Of a stretch of 64,000 bases of DNA, positions 47,797-57,250 are shown piece by piece (the first letter of the stretch is position 1; each line of letters opens with the position of its first letter). Origin of the DNA: an uncultured Desulfurococcales archaeon (GTDB lineage Archaea; Thermoproteota; Thermoprotei_A; CAZTBM01; SZUA-1508); the NCBI GenBank assembly GCA_964611985.1, contig CAZTBM010000008.1:3008-67007 (forward strand), written 5' to 3'. The position numbers were made by a program, and so were the translations under genes. The notes beneath the pieces were generated by a model. It was not told where the DNA came from. It was given only the letters and a program-made list of their open reading frames with translations, and did not search any database.

Positions 47797-49235
47797 ATAG
47801 ACATCACCCTTAGGGGGATATTCTTCAATTTGACATTTGGTCCACCAAACCATACGGGCATACCTTGCGCTGGTTCACCTTTACCACATGTTCCCGCCAC
47901 AAACTCTAGGTTCCTATCTACAGCATCTATATTAGAGTAGAATGACTTAGTTGTAATTTCTAGTATTGGATTTCTTACTGGTTCACATAACTCTCCATTC
48001 CTAATGATGTAAGATTCTAGTCCAACATATCTTTGGCTCCAACGTGTATCATCAATGTTCCATTCCATATAATTCTTTATATAAACGCCTAATTTAATGT
48101 CCTCTATCAGCTCCTCAAATGTATAGTCTCCTGGCTTAAGATACGTATTAGCCATTCTAATTATGGGTTCACTATTATAGTCCATTGCTCTAGCTGAGGC
48201 ATTAGATTCTACACCAAGTATCTTTGCAGTCCATCTATTATGTAGGAACTCGTTTATTAGACCCTCTTTATAAAGGTATCTTGCCCTAGCAGGCACCCCT
48301 TCATCATCGTAGAGGTAGAATCCGTAACTACCAGGTATTGTAGGGTCATCTATTACTGTGGCGTATTCGTTACCTATTTTTGTGCCAATCATGTCAGGCT
48401 TTATGAAGCTTTTACCTGCTTGAGCGGCCTCTCTTCCTAGTATTCTATCAGCTTCACTCGGGTGACCGCATGACTCGTGAACTATTAGTCCTACAACTTC
48501 AGGTCCTAATACTATGTCTACTTTCTCTTTGGGTGGTTCAACACCTTTAATCAATACATGTTCTACACTCCTTGTTTCATCAGTTAGCAAATCTGGCATT
48601 CTCCACTTCTTTAGCCATTCTATGCCCCCACTTGCACCTAACATGTTAAATCGTTGTATTGTACCTTTTTGTGGATGATGTAATACAATATTATATTCCA
48701 GTCTTAATCTGGGTATGACACTGTAAATGTAGGCGCCATCACTATTTACTATAAGCTTTTCTTCTATAAACTCGCCATAACCTATTAGTAATGATGCTAC
48801 TTTAGCTTCCTTAACGCCTTTACAGGCCCTGTTCCAAGCTTCCTTAACTAAACTTATCTTCTCCTCTACTGGTGCTTCGTCAAATCTCTTAATGGGCTTT
48901 ACATCATATCTTACTCTACCAACTCTTGCCTCAGCAAATTCTATAGGGTTAATCATGTGCTTCGAATGAGCCTTAGCTTCACTTAATGCATTATTTAATG
49001 CTCTAAGTATACCCTCTCTTGTCAGGTCATTCGTAGCTGAAAATGCTAAAACGCCATTGACTATGACTCTTATACCTACACCTTCACTTATACTTTTACC
49101 AACAGCTATTATTTTACCTTGCCTACTTAGAATTTCCCAATCTACCCTCCTATGATACCTTGCTTCAGCATATTCTGCTCCCGTTCTCTGAGCTTCATCA
49201 ATAACTAGGTGTAACATGCCTTCATCAATGCCCAT
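47793..49235 (-). CDS. tldD: TldD family metalloprotease
   Basis: GVGIRV, HESCGHPSEAD (HExxxH), YDDEGVP, IIRMANT, C-terminal CGKGEP..QGMPV. Confidence 0.9.
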   Translation of the reverse strand: MGIDEGMLHLVIDEAQRTGAEYAEARYHRRVDWEILSRQGKIIAVGKSISEGVGIRVIVNGVLAFSATNDLTREGILRALNNALSEAKAHSKHMINPIEFAEARVGRVRYDVKPIKRFDEAPVEEKISLVKEAWNRACKGVKEAKVASLLIGYGEFIEEKLIVNSDGAYIYSVIPRLRLEYNIVLHHPQKGTIQRFNMLGASGGIEWLKKWRMPDLLTDETRSVEHVLIKGVEPPKEKVDIVLGPEVVGLIVHESCGHPSEADRILGREAAQAGKSFIKPDMIGTKIGNEYATVIDDPTIPGSYGFYLYDDEGVPARARYLYKEGLINEFLHNRWTAKILGVESNASARAMDYNSEPIIRMANTYLKPGDYTFEELIEDIKLGVYIKNYMEWNIDDTRWSQRYVGLESYIIRNGELCEPVRNPILEITTKSFYSNIDAVDRNLEFVAGTCGKGEPAQGMPVWFGGPNVKLKNIPLRVMSI

Positions 49236-49337
49236 ATTATAAATTCACCCATAATTACGGATCCATATTAGCCGTATGCTAAAATGGTAAATAAAGTTTA
49301 TCAATATATCTCTGAATTAAAAATGTAATTGAGGAGT

Positions 49338-49793
49338 ATGAGGGGGCAAGGAAAAATAGTTTACACAATAGGACATTCAAATAGGAGTTTAGATGAGTTC
49401 TTAAATCTACTTAAACACTATGGAATCAGTATTATTGTTGATGTTAGACGCTTTCCCAAGAGCACAAAATACCCTTATTTCTCGAAAGATAACCTAGTAA
49501 ACTCATTATCTCGTGAGGGTATAAAGTATATATGGTTAGGAGATAAGCTTGGAGGGTTTCGTAATGGAGGATATGTAAACTATATGAAACATAGAGAGTT
49601 TAAGGAGGGTCTGCAACTTCTCATAAAAATTATTGAGTCTAATCCAAATGTAGGGATTATGTGTTGTGAAAAGTTTTGGTTTAAATGCCATAGAAAGTTT
49701 ATTGCTAATGAGTTAGCGAAGAAGGGGTATATAGTCATACACATAATAGATAAGGACAAAGTAGGCGTACATAAGATAAAGGATTATCATTAA
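49338..49793 (+). CDS. DUF488 family protein
   Basis: YTIGHSNRS, VDVRRFP.S, LGG, MCCE..WFKCHR..IA. Confidence 0.88.
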   Translation: MRGQGKIVYTIGHSNRSLDEFLNLLKHYGISIIVDVRRFPKSTKYPYFSKDNLVNSLSREGIKYIWLGDKLGGFRNGGYVNYMKHREFKEGLQLLIKIIESNPNVGIMCCEKFWFKCHRKFIANELAKKGYIVIHIIDKDKVGVHKIKDYH

Positions 49794-50128
49794 GGATCAA
49801 TAAGTTCACATACATCAGTAATAATCTGCTCTTTACATACTCTACCATTACTGAAACGTACACCCTCTAGTTCCAGTATTTTACGCTTAAACTCTAAACC
49901 TAAACTATACCCTCCTATATCACCATTCGACTTGACCACTCTATGACAGGGGATAACTATAATTCTTTTATTCTCTTTCATAATTTTACCTATAAGCCTA
50001 GGACTGGTCTTTAGAAATTTAGCTAAAGCACCATACGTTGTAACTTTTCCCATAGGTATGAGTTGAAGTATGATATAGGTTACTTCTCTAATGAATTTAT
50101 ATCTACTACTAGATCTCATTCTAGACAT
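49790..50128 (-). CDS. ogt: methylated-DNA--protein-cysteine methyltransferase (C-terminal domain only)
   Basis: IPMGKVTTYG, IPCHRVV, GGY, KRKILELEG. Confidence 0.88.
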   Translation of the reverse strand: MSRMRSSSRYKFIREVTYIILQLIPMGKVTTYGALAKFLKTSPRLIGKIMKENKRIIVIPCHRVVKSNGDIGGYSLGLEFKRKILELEGVRFSNGRVCKEQIITDVCELIDP

Positions 50129-50294
50129 AACTTAACCACTCATGTTGTTATTGAAGATTTAATCGGTATTCATTTTTTATTATATGTTACAGTTTTTAAT
50201 AGTCCGCTAGATAAAGCTTTTTAAATAGGCTTACAATACTCCTAAGCGTAAAGATAGGGTGAGCGTAAGACTCGAACATTATGGTGAAGTATTT

Positions 50295-51695
50295 ATGTGG
50301 AGTATGCTCTACTATCTTAGAAACAATCCTGAAAAAATTAAGTGGAGTCAAAGGCGTAGAGGATTAGATGAAACAGTAGTTGATGAGGCAGTAAAGTATG
50401 ATAAGTTATGGAGGGAGTATCTCACCAAACTTAATGAACTAAGACACAAACATAATGTCATATCAAGAGAGATAGGTAAACTGAGCGGCGAAGAAAGGAG
50501 AAAGAAAATAGAGGAAGCTAGACAGTTACTTAAGGAAATAGAGGAACTTGAGAAATTAGTGGATCTATATGAGAAAAAGCGGAATGAACTTCTTCTAAGC
50601 ATACCCAACATAGTTCATGAAACAGTTCCAGAAGGTTCTGATGAAACATATAATCTCCCGATAAGGTTTTGGGGTAAACCTAAAGTCTGGAGAGGGCATC
50701 TTGACTTATTCCTACAACAAACCGAAAAGTATGGGTTTAAACTAGAATATGAGGTCATAGATTGGAAGCCTATAGGTCATGCAGATATGTTAAATGTTAT
50801 AGGTTTAGGTGATACTGAGAGAGCGGCCAAAGTAGCTGGTTCAAGATTCTTTTACTTATACGATGGTTTAGTATGGCTAGATCTAGGATTACAGTTATAT
50901 GCTCTTGATTACCTAACCAAGAAAGGCTTCAAGGTGGTAATGCCACCATACATGATGAGAAGAAAACCTTACGAAGGGGTAACTGCCCTCCAGGATTTCG
51001 AAGACGCAATATACAAAGTTGAAAATGAAGATCTATACTTAATAGCCACTTCAGAGCATCCTATAGCTGCTATGCATATGAATGAAATACTCTTAGATGA
51101 AGACTTACCATTATTATATGCTGGTATTAGCCCATGTTTCCGAAAAGAAGCTGGAGCCCACGGTAAGGATACAAAGGGCATATTTAGAGTACACCAATTC
51201 CACAAAATAGAGCAGTTTGTGTTCTGTCTACCGGAGGATAGCTGGAGATGGCATGAGGAATTGATAAAGAACGCTGAGGAATTATGGCAGGGATTAGGTA
51301 TACCCTATCGTATTGTAAACATATGTACAGGAGACTTAGGTGTAGTTGCGGCTAAAAAGTATGATCTCGAGGCCTGGATGCCAGCTCAAGGAAAATATCG
51401 TGAAATGGTATCATGTAGTAATTGTACTGACTGGCAAAGCTACAGACTAAATGTTAGGTATATGCGAAGAAAGGGTATGGTAAAAGGTTATGTGCACACA
51501 TTAAATAGTACTGCAATAGCGAGTACGAGAGCGATAACTGCAATATTAGAAAACTACCAAGAACCTGATGGAACAGTAATAATACCGAAGGTATTAAGAA
51601 AGTATTTAGAAATATTCCCTCAAGCACCTAAAGAGGTCCTTAAGCCTAAGAAGAAAATTAAGAGAGATGAAAACGGAATCCCCATAATAGAATAA
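50295..51695 (+). CDS. serS: serine--tRNA ligase
   Basis: N-terminal coiled coil, LIATSEHP, CFRKEAG..GKDTKGIFRVHQFHKIEQF, EMVSCSNCTD, HTLNSTA. Confidence 0.97.
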   Translation: MWSMLYYLRNNPEKIKWSQRRRGLDETVVDEAVKYDKLWREYLTKLNELRHKHNVISREIGKLSGEERRKKIEEARQLLKEIEELEKLVDLYEKKRNELLLSIPNIVHETVPEGSDETYNLPIRFWGKPKVWRGHLDLFLQQTEKYGFKLEYEVIDWKPIGHADMLNVIGLGDTERAAKVAGSRFFYLYDGLVWLDLGLQLYALDYLTKKGFKVVMPPYMMRRKPYEGVTALQDFEDAIYKVENEDLYLIATSEHPIAAMHMNEILLDEDLPLLYAGISPCFRKEAGAHGKDTKGIFRVHQFHKIEQFVFCLPEDSWRWHEELIKNAEELWQGLGIPYRIVNICTGDLGVVAAKKYDLEAWMPAQGKYREMVSCSNCTDWQSYRLNVRYMRRKGMVKGYVHTLNSTAIASTRAITAILENYQEPDGTVIIPKVLRKYLEIFPQAPKEVLKPKKKIKRDENGIPIIE

Positions 51696-51704
51696 TAGGA
51701 GATT

Positions 51705-51772
51705 AAATTCAGTTGACCAGAACCTTCCATTCATCCATGAACGGTCATTATTCCGCCGTTTCATCATCTAAG
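51705..51772 (-). ncRNA. box C/D methylation-guide sRNA
   Basis: Minus strand: C ATGATGA (51767-51761), 12-nt guide, D' ATGA (51748-51745), C' TGGATGA (51737-51731), 18-nt guide, D CTGA (51712-51709). Confidence 0.78.
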
Positions 51773-51780
51773 TCCTAATG

Positions 51781-52590
51781 TTATAGTAACTTGTATTCAA
51801 ATATCATCTCTGTTTTATTCTCCTTTATCTCAAAGCTTACTTCTCGTCCATGCCAGTCTTGTCCTGTAATCTCTCTAAGAATGCCAGCTATTAAACTTCT
51901 TGTAAAAGGATCAATTGAACCTAACCTAGGCTTTTCTGCTTCCATACGTGCTAGTAAGCCTATAACGTCTTTAACTCTGACCGTGATTCTCTTACTGGTG
52001 AACTCAAGTAATTCAAATCTACCCCAACCCATAGCTTGAAGTAAGTTTAGGAACATTGTAAAAGCTATTTCCACCTCTTCTTCTTTATCACCAAATAGTA
52101 AATTGTAATATGTTTTTACAATAGACCTACCAATATAATAGCCCATATAGAATTGTATGACAAGTGCTGTCATCCCCATTCTTCTAGTCATTTCACTAAA
52201 TGCTATGTTTAATGCTTTTTCATCAAGAGCGAGTATTCTTATATCACCACTTTTTAGAGGGTAGCCTATTGTGTCAACTAGTATGAAAGGTGTCTGTGGA
52301 AGAATGTATGTTATGTTGACTCCTTTGACTCTACGCTTTAACTCCTTAATGACATCTTCGGGTTTGATATTAGGCTCGATGACTGTAAGATAGAGGAATA
52401 GTATTGCTTTGTTTTTCTGTTTATTGTAGATACTAGCCTTAATATCAGTATATCCTATCTCATAGAGTGCCTTGATTATCTCTTCTATCAAAAACTTTGA
52501 AGTGCCTGAAACTATGTCACATGTGATGATGAGGCCGAATAAGCGCTCGCCATGAGTTGGACATACTAGTGGTACATGCTTCTCTATCAT
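51781..52590 (-). CDS. V4R-domain protein with ACT-like N-terminal region
   Basis: GYYIGR, LQAMGWGRFE and FTRSLIAGIL match the V4R fold; N-terminal beta-alpha-beta pattern. Confidence 0.7.
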   Translation of the reverse strand: MIEKHVPLVCPTHGERLFGLIITCDIVSGTSKFLIEEIIKALYEIGYTDIKASIYNKQKNKAILFLYLTVIEPNIKPEDVIKELKRRVKGVNITYILPQTPFILVDTIGYPLKSGDIRILALDEKALNIAFSEMTRRMGMTALVIQFYMGYYIGRSIVKTYYNLLFGDKEEEVEIAFTMFLNLLQAMGWGRFELLEFTSKRITVRVKDVIGLLARMEAEKPRLGSIDPFTRSLIAGILREITGQDWHGREVSFEIKENKTEMIFEYKLL

Positions 52591-52983
52591 AAGGATTCTC
52601 CTAATGTACTATTATGTTATTAGGACAATTATACCTAATGAAGGGGAGGATATAAAACTATCTAATCATTAACAGGATTATATCATGTTAAAAAACATTA
52701 GCATTGATGGCCAAGCATTAGACAAATTCTTAAAAGTGTAGAATAATATTTGTGTTCTAAAATTTCTCCATACCTTAAGTTTTAATATCAATAGTAGAAA
52801 TTTATAAAATACTGATAAGTACATACGTAACATCAGAAATCACGTATTGTTTCAAGGTGTGGAATGTGGTACAGTCAACATTTTCATATTCTACACCAAT
52901 ATTACAGGAATCTGAGGTAATGGTACATATTAGGATTAACTTTAGTATTATGAGAGAGAAATAGGGGTTTGGTGACTTTCTAT

Positions 52984-54462
52984 ATGAGTCGTTATGTGAA
53001 ATTTGCCTTCTCAATGTTAGCTCCATTAGTCTTCTTAATACTAATTCTAGTACCACCCTTACCTGGAATGTATGAGGCATCAATATCCGTTAAGGCCCAT
53101 CCTAAAGCAGCTCAAATTACTTTAGGTTTACTCTTTTGGGTCGTGTTATGGTGGGTTTGTGAAACTGTACCTTTAGGTCTTACAGGTTTATTACCGGCTC
53201 TCATACTTCCCATGCTTGGTGTTTTAAAATGGAAAGAGGCATTACCAACATATTTAAGTCCGATTATCTGGATTTTTATGGGTGCCTTCGCCCTAGCCAA
53301 TGCATTTAGAGCTTCAGGTCTAGATAAACGTGTAGTAGCTTTTCTATCAAGTCTGTATAGGGGTAAAAGTTTTGCCCTTTCTGTTCTCACTACAGTGTGT
53401 TTACCTACATTCTTCCTTAGTATGATAGGCTCCATCACCGGTGCGGCAAGTATAATGCTACCTATCACTTTAGCGTATCTCTCAGCTATTAGAGGTAAGA
53501 GTAAAGAAGTCGACGAGATGACGTTACTCTTAATGGCGAATGCTGCCACAGCTGGCGCACTATTATTCCTTATAAGTACACCACCAAATCTAATAGGTAA
53601 GGCTGTTGTTGAAGAGTTCACTGGCTACTCTGTAAGCTTTTTCGATTGGTTTATTTTCGGCACACCACAGGCAATATTTGGCCTCATAACGTCATGGCTT
53701 ATAATAATATTCCTGTACCGTAAATACTTACCAAGTGAGCCTCCAAAAGGTTATACCATAGAGAAATCAATGAGTTTTACAGAGAAATCTGTTCTCTCAG
53801 TATTCCTTCTAGCCATAGCACTATGGACATTGCCAGGTTTTCTCTCGGTTATTGCATCAGCGACTAATTCTACAACCTTGGCAACTACTGCCTCTTTAAT
53901 TAAGAAATATGTGCCTGAATATGCACCAGCAATTCTAATTTTAATATTACTACCTTTAATTAGACAGGAAGGTAAACCTGTTTTACCTTTTGATGAAATG
54001 CTTAAGAAAATAGACTGGAATACTATATTCCTTTTCGGAGGGGGATTACTGTTAGGAAAAGGTATTGTAAGTAGTGGTCTATCTGAATGGATAGCATCAG
54101 TAGTTAGAGCTTATGTTGGCAGTGAAGTTTCAGCATGGCTATTAACATCGATTGTAGCGATCATTGCTTTCGGATTAACTCAAGTAGCCTCAAACACCGC
54201 AACAGCTAACATTTTTTGCCCAATAGCAGCTACGATAGCTTTAGGTGCAAAGATTAACCCAATAATACCTATCCTTACGACAGCTATGGCATGTTCGATA
54301 GCATGTACTCTACCTGCATCTACACCACCTATGGCTATAGTTTATTCAACAAGAAAAATTAGAGTAAAGAGCATGTTGAAAGTAGGAGTACTTGCCGGAT
54401 CTATAAGGCTAATATTCCTACTCTTAACTGCTCCCTATCTTTTATCCTTAGTGATAAAGTAA
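52984..54462 (+). CDS. SLC13/DASS family Na+-dependent anion/dicarboxylate transporter
   Basis: WVCETVPLGLTGL, ISTPPN, IDWNTIFLFGGG, SNTATA, LPASTPP. Confidence 0.9.
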   Translation: MSRYVKFAFSMLAPLVFLILILVPPLPGMYEASISVKAHPKAAQITLGLLFWVVLWWVCETVPLGLTGLLPALILPMLGVLKWKEALPTYLSPIIWIFMGAFALANAFRASGLDKRVVAFLSSLYRGKSFALSVLTTVCLPTFFLSMIGSITGAASIMLPITLAYLSAIRGKSKEVDEMTLLLMANAATAGALLFLISTPPNLIGKAVVEEFTGYSVSFFDWFIFGTPQAIFGLITSWLIIIFLYRKYLPSEPPKGYTIEKSMSFTEKSVLSVFLLAIALWTLPGFLSVIASATNSTTLATTASLIKKYVPEYAPAILILILLPLIRQEGKPVLPFDEMLKKIDWNTIFLFGGGLLLGKGIVSSGLSEWIASVVRAYVGSEVSAWLLTSIVAIIAFGLTQVASNTATANIFCPIAATIALGAKINPIIPILTTAMACSIACTLPASTPPMAIVYSTRKIRVKSMLKVGVLAGSIRLIFLLLTAPYLLSLVIK

Positions 54463-54535
54463 AAATACGATTAAATATTGGATTAGACACTAATATCTGG
54501 TACTACCCCAGTCCATACTAAGGGGAGAAGTAAAA

Positions 54536-54859
54536 GTGAGTAATAGAGATAATGAGCTATCATTAGATTATGTACCCGAAGATGTACTGGAGGAAGTGTT
54601 GAAAGAAACAAGTAGGAAAGAGCTAAAACAAACCAAAAAACCTTACCCCTCAGCTAGAGACATAGTTGAAACAATTATTATAGCATCAGCGATGGCTAGA
54701 AGCATTCATCCAGATGAATTTCCACAACTAGTAATTAAAATGTTAGAGGATAAAGGATTTGATACACGACATGTAACAGTTAAAAGAATATGGAGAACTT
54801 ATGAAAAGCTTGTTCGAGAAGGTACTATACGTGATGTTCTAGGCGTTGTCGAGATGTAA
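54536..54859 (+). CDS. conserved hypothetical protein (possible winged helix)
   Basis: HPDEFPQLV...LEDKGF and KRIWRTYEKLVREG; GGGGAG RBS. Confidence 0.6.
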   Translation: MSNRDNELSLDYVPEDVLEEVLKETSRKELKQTKKPYPSARDIVETIIIASAMARSIHPDEFPQLVIKMLEDKGFDTRHVTVKRIWRTYEKLVREGTIRDVLGVVEM

Positions 54860-54885
54860 AATACTTAGCCTAAAGAATCATAAAC

Positions 54886-56088
54886 TTAGACAATAAAGGA
54901 CATTACGAATGAGAGTACAATAACCCCTAGAAAGTCAACGGCAGTGGTAAGTATAGGTATAACCACATTATCTGGATCTATACCTCTCATGAACGTTATT
55001 ATGGACAGATAATATGAAATAACCATTGACAGCGTTAATGTAAAATATCCTGTAAAATTAATTAACATAAATAATACTATTATACCTGGCATATCTAACC
55101 CTACAATAATAGATACAAACAAGTCAATAATGAACAAAACTAAAAACATAATAAAACCTACAAGGTATGCTATGATTATGAGTCTTCTAGCTTTACCCTT
55201 AAATGTAAATTTAGGCTCTATCTCACCAATATGTAACATTGTTGAAAGCCTAGCTGAAAGTATACCTGTTAGAGCACCAAGAGAGCCTATAAATGATGGG
55301 ATAATGAATAGTATACTTGAGTACTTAATGAACTTATCAAGGGCTATCCCTAATCCTACTCCTGGTAACATCTCTATTAGGGCACATATTAAGCAGGGGG
55401 TTAAGTTCTCCTTAATAATCTTTAACGATATGCTATGTTTCTTCCTATCCCTGCTTAATTTTACAATAAGTAAACCCAAGATACATAATGCAATAACATT
55501 TACTATTATTAAATGATGTGAATTCACCCTCTCTAAAGCCCTTAATACTAATAACAGTATAGGCAAATTGCTGACATCGCTTACAAGCGTGATCAAAGGA
55601 GTTGTAAAGTTATCGGGATCAAGACCTCTTTTAAATGTTATGATTGAGATAAGAATAGTAAAAGGGGTTAGGAAAAGAAATGTTATAAATGCTGAAATAA
55701 GGATGACACTAAGTAGTTTTATTAATGGAAAACCTAAACCTATAGTATATGCGGTAAGAGAGCCTAAGAACCCTATATATAAATGAACGGATAACACAAT
55801 TATAGCCATAGAGAATAAGTTCTCATTAAGGTATTTTGAGCGTTCAAGTGATGGTTTTATTAAACCTAAGTGTAAGAGTGTGTTGAGTCTGGAACCTAAT
55901 GGTGCATAAATATTTCCTTTGACATCATTTATTGCCGGGATGACTATTATTATTGCAGGAAATATTTTAAGTAAATCTACATTAGTACTTAGGGCTAACC
56001 CTGCAACAATGCTACCTATGACGTATAGTAGAACTGAAGACAATATTTCATTGAAGTCTCTGCCAATAACCTTCACAGTATTAACCAT
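54886..56088 (-). CDS. MgtE-type Mg2+ transporter membrane domain (duplicated)
   Basis: Two repeats of GNIYAPLGSRL/GILSARL and GLDPDNFTTP/GIDPDNVVIP...DF. Confidence 0.88.
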   Translation of the reverse strand: MVNTVKVIGRDFNEILSSVLLYVIGSIVAGLALSTNVDLLKIFPAIIIVIPAINDVKGNIYAPLGSRLNTLLHLGLIKPSLERSKYLNENLFSMAIIVLSVHLYIGFLGSLTAYTIGLGFPLIKLLSVILISAFITFLFLTPFTILISIITFKRGLDPDNFTTPLITLVSDVSNLPILLLVLRALERVNSHHLIIVNVIALCILGLLIVKLSRDRKKHSISLKIIKENLTPCLICALIEMLPGVGLGIALDKFIKYSSILFIIPSFIGSLGALTGILSARLSTMLHIGEIEPKFTFKGKARRLIIIAYLVGFIMFLVLFIIDLFVSIIVGLDMPGIIVLFMLINFTGYFTLTLSMVISYYLSIITFMRGIDPDNVVIPILTTAVDFLGVIVLSFVMSFIV

Positions 56089-56162
56089 GGCTAATCTGCT
56101 ATCTGGTTAGATGGTACTGTTATATATAATGTTGGTGTTTTAACTTCAGTCTCTTCCATATA

Positions 56163-56456
56163 CTATGCCATAGATTCAGCCATTTCAACCATTCCAACTA
56201 CTGGTAGAGTATAAGGGAACTCCTCATATTCTTGTATATTAAGTTTTTCTATCCATTCACCTAGAGCTACATATAATCTATCGGGGTGAACGCAGGTTAT
56301 TTCCTCAACACTTTTTCTCTTGATAAGCCTTTTAACTACAGGACATGGACCTCTACATTTATACGCTAATCTACATGAAATTAACAATCTGCCCTCAACT
56401 TCTGCTATTATTTCCCTATAATCATCAATATAGACCATTACATGATTTCCCCACAC
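56163..56456 (-). CDS. hypothetical Cys-containing protein
   Basis: 97-codon ORF with GTG start and C..C...C and CVH; no family recognised. Confidence 0.5.
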   Translation of the reverse strand: MWGNHVMVYIDDYREIIAEVEGRLLISCRLAYKCRGPCPVVKRLIKRKSVEEITCVHPDRLYVALGEWIEKLNIQEYEEFPYTLPVVGMVEMAESMA

Positions 56457-56558
56457 ACGAGTGGTAATGTACTCGGAATGTAGTACCCTTTTTACAACTC
56501 TTTCAATTTAATATGTTTAGACTTTGCAGAGTATATATATGAAAGGGCTCAATCTTAC

Positions 56559-57137
56559 TTAGATAAAGTTAAGTAGTATACCTACGCCAGTGATGAACAT
56601 TATTATAGAGCCTGCCAGAACTACATATTTAATGTTAAATCTCTTAGATAAATTGTAGGATAACATTACTCCAAGAGAATTTACTAAAAAATAGCCTATA
56701 GCACTACCTAAAAGTACCAATATTGCATTGTAGTACTTTAGTGATAGAGCTAGTACAGTTAATTGAGTTTTATCACCCATTTCAGCTAGGAATATAGCAA
56801 CAAATAGTCCTAGAAGAGACTTTGATGAGCATACTTTTTCTGTGGCTCTACTTTCCATATGCTTAAGACTGTACAGTAGTGATATAGCTAATATTATGAA
56901 TATCAGTCCTGCTGTAACTTTTATATAGTTTAGGTACTCCTTGAATAGAAGTCTACAAGTAAAGCCTAGTGTCACCATTAATGCCCCAGAGGCTGTAAAA
57001 GCAAGAGTACTAATAGTAAGTGTTATGTGAGGTCTTCTTGTTGAACAAGCTAAAACTGAGGTCGTAATCATAGTTTTATCTGCTAGTTCCATTAATGCTA
57101 CATATGATATTGATGAAATTAATTCTCCCATTATCAC
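56559..57137 (-). CDS. TMEM165/GDT1 (UPF0016) cation transporter
   Basis: Twin ExxDKT motifs: ELADKT and EMGDKTQ. Confidence 0.9.
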   Translation of the reverse strand: MIMGELISSISYVALMELADKTMITTSVLACSTRRPHITLTISTLAFTASGALMVTLGFTCRLLFKEYLNYIKVTAGLIFIILAISLLYSLKHMESRATEKVCSSKSLLGLFVAIFLAEMGDKTQLTVLALSLKYYNAILVLLGSAIGYFLVNSLGVMLSYNLSKRFNIKYVVLAGSIIMFITGVGILLNFI

Positions 57138-57250
57138 TAACTTATGCCCTTAAGAATACGAGGTATGGAAGCGTTATAAGTATTACGTTAGCTTACAAGA
57201 AATTTAAAGATGGAGTTTCTTCTGAATGAAAGATAAATAAAATTATGGTT

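Noticed and set aside
49263-49287. Imperfect palindrome CCAT-A-TTAGC-N5-GCTAA-A-ATGG between divergent tldD and DUF488 genes
   Set aside because: Single occurrence with no second copy or regulator to tie it to; cannot be separated from chance.
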